Source of the DNA: the human T2T-CHM13v2.0 reference genome, Homo sapiens
NCBI RefSeq assembly: GCF_009914755.1
Contig: NC_060931.1
Direction: 5' to 3' (one strand)
Length of the DNA stretch: 64,000 bases
The position numbers were made by a program, and so were the translations under genes. Shown here piece after piece: positions 1 to 15,015 of this stretch. Below the pieces are notes generated by a model. It was not told the DNA's origin. It saw only the letters and a list, made by a program, of their open reading frames with translations, and ran no database searches. Position 1 is the stretch's first letter, and each line of letters starts with the position of its first letter.

Positions 1-1064
1 GTGTGGACCACATGTCCCAGTTTTTCTACATGGTCCTGGTTTTATGTAATTTGCCCTTCTTAATAAAGATGATTAAAACATAGCATGAAATGAACTTTTT
101 ATTTTGAGAGATTTATTTTTATTTAAAAATTTTTTATTGAGTTACAATTGACAAAAAAATGTATAAGTTTAAGCTGTACAATGTGACAATTTTATATACA
201 GATAAAGTGAAGTAATTACCACAATTAAGCTTGGTGCATCCATCACTGATTGTAATAAGTTGCACATTAGAAAACAAATCTTTTCCTGAATTACATATCC
301 CAATTTCCAATTTATATAGTTGGCTTGCTGTCATTGAGCACACCTATTTTTTGTATTGCTAATTTGAGGCACTCTATGTAGTACTACATTGTTAATTCTG
401 TTTTATGTCTTTTCATATCTCTCCTAGTAGGTTAGTCTATTTTTCTCTAGTACTTATTTATCTCTCAGAGTTAGAATTTACATTGATTATAATAATGGTT
501 CTGTGGCTACCTATTACAGACATTCAAATGGCAAAGTCCTTTTTACCCAAAATAAAAATTTCAGTTTTAAAGAGCAAGCTGACTGCCTAAGAAATGAAAA
601 CCCTGCTTTAATTTAAGGAATAAGGTCTAGTCCTTGGGCATCTCAAAGCCACAAAACTTAAAGGAAACCAAAAGCACTAGTACCAAAGTCCCTACTCTAT
701 CCACTTCCAGAGCCCTCTGGGCTTTCAGCTACTGCTTCTTTTAAAAACATACAGTGCTTCAATATAAAACAAGTGTGGGTACTAAATTATTTGTGGGTGA
801 AATAATAGGATACTTTGGATTTGTCTTAAAACATTGCAGCAAAAATAAAAACACCAAAGGGCAGTGGAGCAAACACAGATTAAACATAATTGAAAAAATG
901 TTGATAGGTATTGAATTGGATAATAAATACATGAGGGCTCAGCTCAGTATACTATGTTTGTATATGTTTGAAAATGTCTATAATAAAAAGCTCTAAAAAT
1001 GTATAGGTGACCGATGTTTATTAAACAGGGAGGATGATGATGGCCCAAGTGCTTTTCCCATCAG

Positions 1065-1213
1065 CTCTGTACCCCTATGAGGTTCTACTCATTTCACTGC
1101 CAGTGGTCAGCTCAACCCAGCTCCTCACTTAATCCCACAGTCACCCAGCCTGCTTTCACTACCCCCAGGCCTCTGAGCAAAAACAACCAAGGAGTAACTT
1201 CCATCAAGAGAAG
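1065..1213 (+). other. Candidate novel upstream exon A (149 bp), in frame with TCAF2 exon 3
   Basis: Acceptor gcttttcccatcAG (1063-64) and consensus donor AAG|GTAAGT (GT 1214-15). 49 stop-free codons plus 2 nt, ATG at 1077, ends in phase 2. No transcript evidence available. Confidence 0.4.
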
Positions 1214-1254
1214 GTAAGTAAATGGAGCTAGGTCTCTTTCGCTTTATCTTTTTT

Positions 1255-1571
1255 CCTGTTTTTGTTTGTTTGTTTTTTATTTTTGTTTTGAGACAGAGTC
1301 TTGCTCTGTCACCCACGCTGGTGTGCAGTGGTACAATCTTGGCTCACTGCAATGTCTGCCTCCCAGATTCAAGCAATTCTCGTGCCTCAGCCTCCTGAGT
1401 AGCTGAGACTACAGGCACACAACACCATGCCCAGCTGATCTTTGTATCTTTAGTAAAAACGGGGTTTAACCATGTTGGCCAAGCTGGTCTCAAACTCCTG
1501 ACTTCATGTGATCCACCCACCACAGCATCCCAAAGTGCTGGGATTACAGGCATGAGCCACCGTGCCTGGCC
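1255..1571 (-). mobile_element. Alu (AluS-like), full length
   Basis: Reverse-complement Alu: ttttgagacagagtcttgctctgtcaccc ... gtgctgggattacaggcatgagccaccgtgcctggcc, with a T-rich tail. Confidence 0.95.
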
Positions 1572-3498
1572 TTTTTTTCCTGTTTTCTATCTGTTCTTCT
1601 GTCCACCAACCTATCTCCCTCCCTGTCAGCCCACCCAACTGCCCACCTGCACATCTGCTGCCCTTCCTTGCTCCAGCTCCATCAGTTTTTGAACTAGCCA
1701 AAACTCTTTGGCCAACTCTGCCCAGATCTTCATAATATTTCACCTAAAACTAGTGCAGGTATCTCAGCTATCCATCAGTTTTTGTCAACTCTTTGACTAA
1801 TATTAATAATATTTCTCTTAAAATCTTTGTTATTAATTGATGCCAGGAAAACAAATCTTCTGCTTTTCTCTGCCTTCTTGTGTCCTTTTGACTCTTTCTG
1901 ACAATGTAAATCCTGACTCCACTGCTGCCCCATTCCGAACCTTCTGTGCATGGTCTACTTCCAAGATCCTTCAGATGGTGCCTCATGATACACAACGTCT
2001 GGCCTTAAAGAGGCAGGGGAGCATGTAATAGAAATGAACTTCTCCTATCATAAAAGCCAAAGAAGAAAGAGATTCAAGGATACAGTGATCAAAGGGGCAA
2101 AATGCATTAGAAAAACCTATAGAGATTAAGTAGCTAGAAGAAGACTTTGATAACTAGGAAATTATTACCAATGATTAGTTCAGAAAGAATAGAAATGGAT
2201 TCCAAGTGCATGTAATTCAGTCAAGAAGAAGGCATAGATAACATGCCTAACGATAAGCACAATGATAGGCAGGAGAAAAATATGAAAGAATCTTTTACAG
2301 AAAAACATTCAGACCTGGGGGTTTTCAAGACAAATTAGACGTAGGCATATTGAAAGGCCAAAAAAGGAGCCAGTGGAAGAGACTGAAGAATCTAGAAGTC
2401 AGAAGGCAACAAAACAGGGCCTTGGAAGTGACAGAAAAGACAGAGGATGAAAATACATATCAAGGTGTTGGTCTTGGACAGGGTGAGCAGACCTCTTTTG
2501 TGAGATTAAAAGGTGTTACTTTATAAGGAAATCAATTTTGAAAAAAGCTAAAGATTACTTTTTGAATGGTTTCAATGTTCTCAGTAAAAATATATTAAAT
2601 TATATGAGATGATACGTGTAAAATACTTGGCACAAGGCTTGACACATAATAAATGTTCACCATGTGGTGGTCCTAGGAGACTTAACAGTAGTGTAGTAGC
2701 ATTGATAAGAACAGCAGTGAACATTTACTGAGTGTTTACTATGTTCCAGGAGCTTTCCTAAGCTATTGTAGTGGTAGTGGTAGAGGGAGAAGGAGCAGGA
2801 GCAGGAGCAGTAATAATAAATAAAAAACATCTGTCTGAGAATAAAGTGAGCAGGATTAGGCTTGAGAAAAGCAGAAGGTTGATTGGCAGAGATATAGAGA
2901 TTTCATCAGCAACTGAGCAGACAATTATTAAGCATGTATAGGAACCCACGTGAACTTTGGCCAGGCACTGGTAATCAAAAAAGTTGCTAAGTGTCTGATC
3001 AGAAGTAAAGCTAATGGAGTGGCTGAAATTATAATAAATGGGCAGTCTTACTATATAAACAAGGGTTTATAGTTAAAAGGTTCAGGAGATATCTTAGAGG
3101 ATTAGTGACAATTGGTCATGGGGCTTAAGGATCTCCTTGCTACTAGCTAAGCAGAGGAATAGAAATAGTAAAGAATGGGAAGCATGGTTAGCATATTATA
3201 ACATAAATGCTGAAGTCACTGAAAATGTACCAGAAGACAGATGGACAGGAAAATTGACAACAAGTTTCCATAAATGAAGTATTACTTCATTTAGGAAACT
3301 GATTATGTGACTGCAAGTAGATCAAAAATATTGTCTGCATCCCTATATTGCCCAGCCTTTATTACCAGAAATCATCAAAGATGGTAAAAGTAATCTTAGA
3401 AATTTATAGACAATGGTAACAAGACTTTCTGATATCAACTCGTGATACCATAGACCTCAAATGAGAAAAATGGATAATAAGAGAAGGAACAATCATTA

Positions 3499-3620
3499 GA
3501 ATGGTATTAGTTATCAATAAGCAATTATGAATTATGAATGGTATTAGTTATCAATAAGCAATAAATGAATTGATAGAATGAATTCATAGAATGAATGAAT
3601 TCATAGAATGAATGAATTGA
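3499..3620. repeat. Short local duplication plus (GAAT)n-rich simple repeat
   Basis: gaatggtattagttatcaataagcaat occurs at 3499 and 3536, followed by gaatgaattcata repeats. Confidence 0.8.
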
Positions 3621-3879
3621 TGTAAGAAAATGTGCAGCACACTAAATGTGAATGGAAATTATATACATGAGACTCACACTGACCCAAATCGTTTGTAGCT
3701 CCTAATAGTTCTATTTTTTAATTTTATTTACTAATTTTGAAGGTTACTGCAAATTTTATTTTTATTTTAGAGGCAAAAAAACTAACTTTACAACAATCAG
3801 CTTATAGTAGAATATTATCAGTGATGCAGGATTGCTCTTTTTATATCCTTATATTTGGTAGTATTATAATAACATTACA

Positions 3880-6860
3880 TGCAGGTACTCACTCTTGTGT
3901 TTTTAACATACTTGGCATTTTGCTACATTTCTTCTTCTAACTTGTTTTACTTATCATCATATTTTTGAGATTTATTAATGTAGATGTACTTAAATGTAGT
4001 TTATTACTTCTAACTACTGCATGGTACTCCACTACTTGCATATTTCACATTTTGATTATCCATTTCTCACTAATGGGCATTCGAGTTATTTCCAACTCTT
4101 TGTTGGTTCAAACTGTGCTGCAGTAAGTAAACTTCTGAGAACTTATCTTTAATATATCTCCAGAAGAGTAACTGAGGGGTGTATACTCAGTAATGAAACT
4201 GCAAAGCCATAGAATATGAATATATGTAATTTCACTAGTATTATTAAATTATTCTCCAGAATAACAACATTAATTTATCCCTCCACTCTCAGTAGAGAAG
4301 AGTTCTTGTTTCTCTACAACCTCACCAACACTTATGCTTTCCAGCATTTTAATTTTTGCCAATGCAATGATTATAAATGGGTTTCTCATTTGTTCCTGCT
4401 GGATTCATTTAATATTTTACTTAGCACCTTTTAAGCACCAAGTGTGATGCTCAAATGTGTTAAACCACCTGGCTGAAGTTGGTAATGTAGCCTCAAAGTC
4501 ACGTTTGGTAAATAGTTCAAAAAGTGTCACATATGTTTATTAGTGAATTTAAGAAAACAAGGGAAAAAAACTTCAATGGGTTGCAATTTCCAGCAAATTG
4601 TAACTAATAACTGTGAAAAATATTTCTGCTCAGAGGATCATGAGAAGGAACGTGGAACCAATGCAAGATAGATGTGTGAGCCAACACACGTGGCTAGCTT
4701 CATGTAAGCCCAGCATACTCTCCAATGTGTCTTCTTAGAGTCACACCTGAACTGACTACTGATTTTCACTTAAATCTGTTGAGAAAAAGGCAATTTTGCT
4801 TTTGTTTCTTAGCAACAGATAGCTTGATCCTGAAAGTCTAATGGTAAGACGTGGTTAAAATGAAGAAGAAAGAGATTGCATGGTAATTTAAATGTTACTC
4901 TCTACCTAAAAGCAATGCTGAGAAGACTCTCTTCAAAGACTTGTCCATTCAAATTCCTCTTGTTAAACAGTTTAATTGCATCCTGTGTCTAATTTTTAAA
5001 TTAATTAGTGATTTTCCTTATATAGCTCTAGAATTTTTGTCATTAATGATGTAAATATCACTTCCTGGACTATTATTTTGACTTATGCTGTCCTGTGTTA
5101 GCCAAACTATTTATTTTTATAGTCAAATCCATCAATTTTTCTTGAAAAGTCCTATGTATTTTATATCTTCTTGGTATATCTGGAGCATTTAACTGATTAT
5201 TTCTCATATAATTAGCCTACTTTCCATAGAACATTTATTTTAAACTTAAAACATTTTCCGCTGATTTACGATGCCATCACCATCATTTACCAAGTTCATG
5301 TAGAGATATCAGTCTGTTTCTGGACTGTCGATCTTGTACTGTATATCTACTTATTCTTATACAAAAATGAATGTATTTTACTAATTGTTGCTCTGCAGTA
5401 TTTGTTAATATCTAGAAGGATTAGTCATCCTTTCTTCTCTCCACCTTAATTCAAAAGTTAAAATCTGTGTTAACTATTTTAGGACCTTTATTTCTCTCTA
5501 TATATTTTAAATCAATATGGAATTTTTCCCATGATTCTTCTTGTAATTATTATTGGAAATGCATTAAATATATTCCAAACTTAGAAAAACCGATGTATTT
5601 ACAAGATAAAGTCTCCCCATTCATGAACATAGTGTATTTCTCCATTTATTTGAACTTTCTTTCTTGTGCTTTACTAGGGCTTTATAATTTTTTTATAAAT
5701 CCTATGCATTAAAAAAATTCATTTCTATATATTTTATGAGTGTGTTGCTTCTTTTTATTATGGTTTCTAATATAATATTGTTGATATAGAGAAAACTTAT
5801 TTACTTTTATATGTTGATCTTATGTTAGAAAATTTTGCTGAACTTTCTTATTGGTGTGACTAGTTTGCCATTAATACTCTTGCATTTTAAATGTAAATGA
5901 TCATATCATCAGCAAATAATTACAATGTATTATTTATAACAATTATTTTCTTTTTCACTGTATTGACTAAAATTGTTAGCACACTGTGCTGACAGGTATC
6001 ACTTATACAAAGCATATATATCTAGTTCCTGACTTGAAAATAAGTGCCTCAGATTTATCCATTAAACATGAAATTTGTTGTGGAATATTTGTACATAGGG
6101 TTTATTAGATTATAAAATTCCTGTGTATTTCTAGCTTTCTAATAATTTTCATCTTTTTTTCATGTATATTGAGATGACTCTGTTTTAGATTTTCTGGAGT
6201 TGAACTATCTTTCTATTCCTGAGAAAATTGTAAAAATGTGTTGCTTTTTAAAATGTTGAACTTGGATAATATTTTTAAATGCTTTTATCTATAAAATTAG
6301 TGTATGCATTTTCTAAACTATGCAAATTTTATAAAATGAGTTGTTAATGTTTTCTTTTTTTCATTTTCTGAAAAAACTTACATAATATTTGGGAATCATG
6401 TGTCTCTTGAAACGTTGGTAAAATCTACCCATAAAATCATTTTACATGGGAGTAGTGAAGAGGGCAGAGATATTATTTTTTCATAGCCATTCAAAGCCAT
6501 TAATGATTGTTATTGTAAGTTTTCTGCTTTTTAGGGGGTCAATTCGGCTTTTATCTTCAGATATGTGCCTATTTTATCCACCAATACTTTTTAATAATAT
6601 TCTTTTATTATTTTTAATCTCTACTAGACCTATTTTAATTTCTACCTTTTCATTTTTTATTCATTTGTATCTTTTCACTTTTTTGCTCATTGAAAATTCC
6701 AGAAATTTATCCACCTTCTTAGAATTTTCAAAAAAAAAAACTTATGGTTTTTGGTAACAATCTCTTTTTTTGTTTCTTTTCTATGCTGTTTATTTCCTAT
6801 GTATTATTTATTTTTAATAATTTAGGTTTACCCTATTGCTTTTTTCCATCATCTATATTT
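3880..6860 (-). mobile_element. Highly decayed ancient L1 (L1M-type) fragments
   Basis: T-rich antisense L1-like tracts (e.g. gatcatatcatcagcaaataat, ccaacacttatgctttccagcatttttaatttttgccaat). Interrupted; boundaries approximate. Confidence 0.6.
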
Positions 6861-6921
6861 CTATAAATTTGTTTTAAAACATTATGCAAACCCTCAAAAG
6901 AAATTAACTTTTCCTCCTTAG

Positions 6922-7068
6922 GTTCATAGATAGTCATCAAATTCGTAATTTAACCAACCTCTTCTCAGCTGGAGTCAGAGAAAAGCAGTATCTTTTCTCT
7001 CTAGAAACAGGCATCCCACCAGTCAATCTGCAGTCTGGTGACAAATGGCTAAGAAATGTGGAGATGAG
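6922..7068 (+). other. Candidate novel upstream exon B (147 bp, symmetric phase 2-2), in frame with TCAF2 exon 3
   Basis: Branch-point-like ttaac, pyrimidine tract ttttcctccttAG (6920-21), donor GAG|GTAAGC (GT 7069-70). 48 stop-free codons FIDSHQIRN...WLRNVEM, with ATG at 7064 just before the donor. Confidence 0.45.
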
Positions 7069-7958
7069 GTAAGCATTTCCAGTCTCTGTTCAAACACAGA
7101 TCCCACAGGACTCTAAGTTTGAGGAAACTCACAGCAAGAGGAGACAGAAGTACCACCAATCAAGAATCCCAGTCCCAAATAGAGAATTCCATTTGTTGAC
7201 AGAACTCTTCAACTAAAGCCAGGCTCCAGCCAAAGAAAACATGAAGAAGAAAACGTCAAACTCTTGGCACTGGTAAACTTTACTTTAGTGCAGGGCTTAT
7301 ACACCCTGAAAATTATGTCCAAGATCCTCCTGGCACTGTTTCCAAAATTCTGAACCATGACTACACTGCTGTTTGCGAATAATATCATCACATTCGTGAC
7401 TCTTAATCGCCACGGAGGCCTGTCCAGCCCGAATCTTTTCTCAGCTGGTTTTCACTTTACCGGGAGACTATGCGCAGAAAAAGAATGAGAAGGAGAAGGA
7501 ACTCTAAGTCCTGAAAGCTCAGTCCCAGGAAAAGTTGAGAGGGACTTCTAGATTGGAAATTGTGTTGATCATGGCTGTACAATATAATAGGTGATATTGG
7601 TGTGGTGCTTTAAGATTAACAAAATGTTTTCATGAATAGATCTCATTTAAAATCTCAAAACAATCTGCCAATTAGACACAGTGGGTATTAATATTCCTAT
7701 ATTTTAGTCATGTGATCTAGGTGAGGTAAATTCTTTCTGAAAGTATACATAGCCAAAAAAAAGCTGCCCAAATGAGTACCATTCAACCCTCCCCATTACC
7801 TTTAGCATAAGAGTTGTGTAGGGACTGACATAATTGTTTGTTATCAATAGGGGAAGTCACTCTACTATATCATAGAATCCTTATCCATGTAAATATTCTA
7901 CAATGCTGTACATGTGCGAAGTGGGAGATAGGCAGAACACAAGCCTGTGGTTTGCTCA

Positions 7959-9092
<1,134 letters not shown>

Positions 9093-9768
9093 CAGAGCAT
9101 GGTATCCTGGAATCTAATTTTAAAACTTTTTCCATTAAGCATTTTTCAAGTTACCTAATAATTATTTTAATCACTATATGGTTTGCAATCTATTGTTAAC
9201 CATAATTTATTTAACCAACCTCCTATTGCTTGACATTTACAGTATATACAAATTGTTTTAAAAAAATTCTTGAAATACAAAGCCTTTTCTTGATTCATTA
9301 CATTTTGACCATTCCTTAAGAAGAAGTGAATACTCTAACCAGATCTAAGTGAAGTTTTAAAAACAGTGTGTGTTTGTATAAATCTTCAAGCGTAGTGTTA
9401 AACAATTTAATTGTGATGTGTTCCTAGGTCAGAACTACCCTACGGAGAGTCCAGATTTGGTGTTTTTACAGCCTTCCTTTGCAGAAAGTTAGATCGAGAA
9501 ATTCATAAGCAGTACTACTTTCTCTGGGCATAATAAACTAGTTTTTCTAACTTGTTTATATGTTTAATTATTTTAAAAGTCAAGAAACTGAAGCCAAAAT
9601 ATTCAACACATAGTTGACTAAATGGGAGGAATTCCTGGAGGTGTTCATTTAGAAAATGTGGATTTTAAGATATGCAAGTAAGGGCACTACCTCTATAGCG
9701 TTTCCTCAAATCTATGACAAATTGATTGTGAGAAATGCCATTATTTTATGTATCACTAAGAAAGACCA

Positions 9769-10098
<330 letters not shown>

Positions 10099-10338
10099 CT
10101 AAACATTGCCAATTAAATGATAATATGCCATCAGTTGTAAAAACAGTGAAAAAATATGCCTTAAACATGATAAAAATAAATGATATTAGCATGCTAAAAT
10201 CCTAATATTAGTAAGAATGTGAAGATTGACATGAACCGTGCAATCTTCTTACCTGCACATAGATTTCTCTACTCAATGAGTTCGATTCAGTGGCTCATTA
10301 ACTGACTGTAGCCTCATTGTTTCTCCTGTCTCTTCCAG

Positions 10339-11330
10339 GTATGGGGAGGATGTCAGGCAGGACCAGCAGCAGCTCCTGGAGGGGATCTCAGAGCTGGACA
10401 TCAGGACAGGGGGAGTCCCCTCACAGCTGCTTGTACATGGAGCCCTGGCCTTCCCTCTGGGGCTGGATGCCTCACTCAACTGCTTCCTGGCGGCTGCTCA
10501 CTATGGCTGGGGCCGGGTGGTCCTGGCTGCCCACGAGTGCCTGCTCTGTGCTCCCAAGATGGGGCCCTTCTTGCTCAATGCGGTGCGCTGGCTGGCCAGA
10601 GGCCAGACAGGCAAAGTTGGGGTGAACACAAATCTAAAAGATCTGCGTCCTCTCCTATCGGAGCATGGCCTGCAATGCAGCCTGGAGCCCCATCTGAACA
10701 GCGACTTGTGTGTCTACTGCTGCAAGGCGTACAGTGACAAGGAGGCTAAGCAGCTGCAGGAGTTTGTGGCTGAGGGTGGGGGGCTGCTGATTGGGGGCCA
10801 GGCCTGGTGGTGGGCCTCCCAGAACCCTGGCCACTGCCCCTTGGCTGGCTTCCCTGGTAACATCATCCTCAACTGCTTTGGCCTTAGCATCCTGCCTCAG
10901 ACTCTCAAAGCAGGCTGCTTCCCCGTTCCCACCCCTGAGATGAGAAGCTACCACTTCCGCAAGGCGCTCTCTCAATTCCAGGCTATACTGAACCACGAGA
11001 ATGGGAACTTGGAAAAGAGCTGTCTGGCAAAGTTGAGAGTTGATGGTGCAGCCTTCCTACAGATTCCTGCGGAGGGGGTCCCTGCTTACATATCCCTGCA
11101 CAGGCTCCTGAGGAAGATGCTACGAGGGTCTGGCCTCCCAGCTGTGAGCCGGGAAAATCCAGTTGCCAGTGACTCCTATGAGGCTGCCGTGCTCTCCCTG
11201 GCCACTGGGCTGGCTCACTCTGGAACTGACTGCTCCCAGCTGGCCCAGGGGCTTGGCACCTGGACCTGCTCCTCCAGTTTGTACCCCTCAAAACACCCCA
11301 TCACCGTGGAGATCAATGGAATCAACCCAG
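10339..11330 (+). CDS. TCAF2: TCAF2 (paralog copy) exon 3, 992 bp
   Basis: AG at 10337-38, GT at 11331. Encodes (R)YGEDVRQDQQQLLEG...ITVEINGINP(G), collinear with the TCAF1 exon ending at 63173. Confidence 0.93.
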
Positions 11331-11443
11331 GTATGAAAACAGGAGAGAGTGCCCAGAACATTAAAGATGTAGGGGAAAGTGGGATTGGCTGACACTACAC
11401 AGGACATTGCAGGTACCTACCCTCAGGAAGATTGACCCCATTC

Positions 11444-11735
11444 TTTTTTTTTTTTGAGACAGAGTCTCACTCTGTCATCCAGGTTGGAATGCAGTAGCGC
11501 GATCTCAGCTCATGCAACCTCCACCTCCTGGGTTTAAGCAATTCTCCTCTCTCAGCCTCCTGTGTTGCTGGGACTACAGGCACACGCCACCATGCCTGGC
11601 TAATTTTTGTATTTTTAGTAGAGAGGGAGTTTCACCATAAAGGTAAGGCTGGTCCGGAACTCCTGACCTCAGGTGATCCACCTGCCTTGGCCTCCCAAAG
11701 TGCTGGGATTACAGTCGTGAGCCACTGGGCCCAGC
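11444..11735 (-). mobile_element. Alu (AluS-like) in intron
   Basis: Poly-T followed by Alu reverse complement; TSD-like tgac(c/t)ccattc on both sides. Confidence 0.95.
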
Positions 11736-11937
11736 TGACTCCATTCTTCATCAGGTACTTTCAAGAAGATGGGGATTGGGACACTGCTTAAGGTTTAGAG
11801 GGGATGAGTCTAAGAAGTATGGATGACTTGAGATACACAGGGGAGAAGCTGTACCACTGGGAGGGGCTGGGAGGCCCCAAGTGGAGATATACTCACATAG
11901 GAAGGAAGAACTGAGCCTTCTCTGTGACTTTTGTCAG

Positions 11938-12035
11938 GCAACAATGATTGCTGGGTGAGTACCGGGCTCTACCTCCTGGAAGGACAAAATGCAGAAGTCT
12001 CACTGTCTGAAGCTGCTGCCTCTGCTGGCCTGAGG
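11938..12035 (+). CDS. TCAF2: TCAF2 exon 4, 98 bp
   Basis: AG/GT boundaries; (G)NNDCWVSTGLYLLEGQ...SAGLR. Same length as the TCAF1 exon at 62787-62884. Confidence 0.93.
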
Positions 12036-12294
12036 GTAAGGTCTGAACACCCACATCTGCCACCTCTCAAAACCGTAGAGCTGTGTCATTCTCATCCACT
12101 GTCTAGTTCCAGCTCATGGCAATGCTGCCAGGAGTACAGAGATGGATTATTCTGCCCATTTTACAGATTTTACAGATGAAGCAGCTAAATTTCAGGGCAT
12201 CTAAGTGAGTGACTGAAGTGCCTAGTGTTATCAAGCAAGAGAAGCTCACTGCAGAATGGACTAGAAGCCAAAACTATGACACTTGAGTTTTTCA

Positions 12295-12338
12295 CCAAAA
12301 AAAAAAACAAAAACAAAAACAAAAGAAAACATTTTATT
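12295..12338 (-). terminator. Candidate minus-strand poly(A) site
   Basis: AATAAA on the minus strand (tttatt 12333-12338), followed on that strand by a long GU/U-rich tract. Lies at the edge of an LTR-like fragment (~12330-12610). Confidence 0.5.
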
Positions 12339-13313
12339 GCAATTTGATTAACAAGGAGACAGGAGCCCAGCTCAAATCTGTCCCATTGTACTTATTTTAA
12401 AGAGTTATTTTAGTAGAAAAGGTGTAGGGAGTGGATTCTGTGATTAGTAGGTGATTGACAGAAAGAAAAGGAAGGGCTGGAAAATCCTCGGGCATGGGCA
12501 GTTACCTCTTCATGCCTCCTCATGGGTCCCATGTGCAAACTCAGAGGGAGTTAGTATGAAACATGCGGTACAAATTTAGGCTGTGTGTCAGCAAGCTCAT
12601 TCTGTACAAACTCTGGTTTTATCTCTTTATCTTGACACCTGAAGGGTGTGCATAATCCCATCACTCCCCAAAATATGCCCTACATGCAGAATTTAAATTC
12701 ATCCTGCCTCCTTGACTCTGAGGGCCACTTCCTACCACAGCTAGGGTCCCTTTTCTGTCAGCATTCTTTCTGGAGCTTGCTTATATCAAACCTAAGAAAA
12801 GCAACTCCAGGACTCCAGACAAAACAGATCTCCACCCATCTGGCGGCCAGAAAGGGAAGCTCTGGGCAAAGAGGGAGAGAGAATCAACCTCACTCACTCT
12901 GGATGGGCCTCCTGTGTGTTCACAGAGGACAGAGCAGAGTCCCCCAGCTCATCCTCAATATCAGCGTCCCCAGACTGGCTTAGGTCCTGCTAGAAGAACC
13001 CAGGATTTTGCCTGGCAGAAAGACACAAGACCTTTGCCAGGATCAGCCTGGTCTCTCACCAATTCATGTCAGGTGAAGACTTATAGTGGAGCTGTTTAAA
13101 TCCTTAGAAAAATGATTTTAAATGCCTTGAAGTCCAAATGACTTTGGAGTGCTAAAATTTCATAAGTTTCCATGCCTAGCACATAGAAAAGGGAAGCTGG
13201 GGTTTCATGGGCATGTTTGTCTAATACCTTCCATCTACACAACCTCACACGCACATCACAAAGCATCACAAAGACTCTAATTTCTCCAACGCTTGGTGGA
13301 ATCACCTGTCCAG

Positions 13314-13527
13314 GTACAGATTGGCTGCCACACCGATGACCTTACCAAGGCCAGGAAGCTATCTCGAGCCCCCGTGGTGACTCACCAATGCTGGATGGAC
13401 AGGACTGAGCGGTCAGTCTCCTGCCTCTGGGGCGGCCTCCTCTACGTCATCGTGCCCAAGGGCAGCCAACTAGGCCCTGTGCCTGTCACTATCAGGGGAG
13501 CTGTGCCTGCCCCATACTACAAGCTGG
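13314..13527 (+). CDS. TCAF2: TCAF2 exon 5, 214 bp
   Basis: AG/GT boundaries; [10 protein letters not shown]...APYYKL(G). Same length as TCAF1 61466-61679. Confidence 0.93.
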
Positions 13528-13866
13528 GTAAGTGGAGTGAACATTTAGGGAGGAGGAAGAGTGGCAGATGCCGTGGGAACTGTGGGGTGGTTGCTAAATG
13601 GGAGAGGGATGAGCTTTGGTGGAGAGAAAGAGGAAGAACTGTTGGGAGGGAACATGGAGGCAGAAGATACGGAATACCCTGTGTCCATGGAGACTTCAGG
13701 GCAGACAAAGAGAAGAGTCAGGAAGCCTTTTCTTCACTTTACAGCCTATAGACACCTGTGATAGTAGTTCATTATTGCAATGTTCTTCCAGAGTTCAAAT
13801 GGTATTTTTCAGCTCAAGGGAAGTTGGAGAAGTGGGTGTGGTAGGTTCCATGATATTTATTCCCAG

Positions 13867-14106
13867 GTAAGACATCGCTGGAGGAGTGGAAGAGGCAGAT
13901 GCAGGAGAACCTGGCTCCCTGGGGAGAGCTGGCCACGGACAACATCATCCTGACAGTGCCAACCACAAACCTTCAGGCCCTGAAGGACCCCGAGCCTGTG
14001 CTCCGCCTCTGGGATGAGATGATGCAGGCTGTGGCCAGGCTGGCGGCTGAGCCCTTCCCTTTCCGCCGTCCTGAGAGGATTGTGGCTGATGTGCAGATCT
14101 CAGCTG
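13867..14106 (+). CDS. TCAF2: TCAF2 exon 6, 240 bp (M60-like domain)
   Basis: AG/GT boundaries; (G)[24 protein letters not shown]...ADVQISA(G). Confidence 0.93.
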
Positions 14107-15015
14107 GTGGGTGCTCCCAGGGAATCCTCCTAGTCAGTGGAAACCATGTATCTATTACTTTGCCTTTTATGAATGTCCAAAATGTGTAAGCATAATTTTA
14201 TTAGTAAAGCAAGGGAAAAAGATATAAAAGACATTGACCATGATGGGGATGAAAGAATGTTTACATGTGAAAAACAAATTATTGACATCTACAAGGTGAG
14301 ATTTCACTGGATGGTAAAACAATCTCAGAAAACGTTGTATTGGGAATTCATAGATGGCAACCAGAGTCATTTCAAGGACAACATAGAAAATCAACTATTT
14401 TCTTCAAACATAAGCCAGAGTTGAAAATGAAAAGAGGAAATACGTAAGGAGGTTTATGGTAAGTACTGAGTGGTTAAAAAGAAAGAGGTACATAGGAAGA
14501 GAAATAAGGAACTCTGGATCCCAAATGGGGAAAGTTCTTTGGACCTCAATTTTCATACCTTCAAATAAGGACAAAAATTATCTCTGTCATAGAGTGTAAA
14601 TTTGGACAAAAGTAGTATACATGGGGAAGAAAGAATGACACTGTTCTAGCCCTCAAGGATCTCAGATCCAGTCAGAGGACATCATATCTCAGACTGACAT
14701 GTAAAGGACACTCACACACACAAAATGAAGGTGTCGAATTACAGCAAGAATGACTATGTAAAGTATAACCAAATTCTCCAGGGCCAGATTGAGGAGGAGG
14801 CCACAACTCAGGTGTGAGAGACTAAGAAGGGGATTAGGTACTATTCAGTTTCTGACCAAGTAGGGGAAAGCTATTTGCTTTCCAATCAGCACAGAGATTC
14901 TGCAATTATTGGGGATAACCAGGATGGTGAAGAAAAGTCCAATAATGGAGAAGAATGAAGGAGATAGTTTGGGCGGACCCTCCTTAATGCTCATCTCTTC
15001 CTTCTGTGTTCCCAG

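Noticed and set aside
4813-4843. Possible 31-bp micro-exon (tttgtttcttAG...ATG|GTAAGA) between candidate exons A and B
   Set aside because: Very short and unsupported. It would shift the frame if included, so it is noted only as a caveat.
7090-7510. CpG-containing unique-looking stretch considered as a processed pseudogene or olfactory receptor remnant
   Set aside because: The frames I translated contain stops and no recognisable motif. Cannot be assigned without a search.
10983-11291. Antisense and alternative-frame ORFs over TCAF exons (also at 33929, 57531, 59283, 63402)
   Set aside because: Shadow ORFs of GC-rich coding exons.
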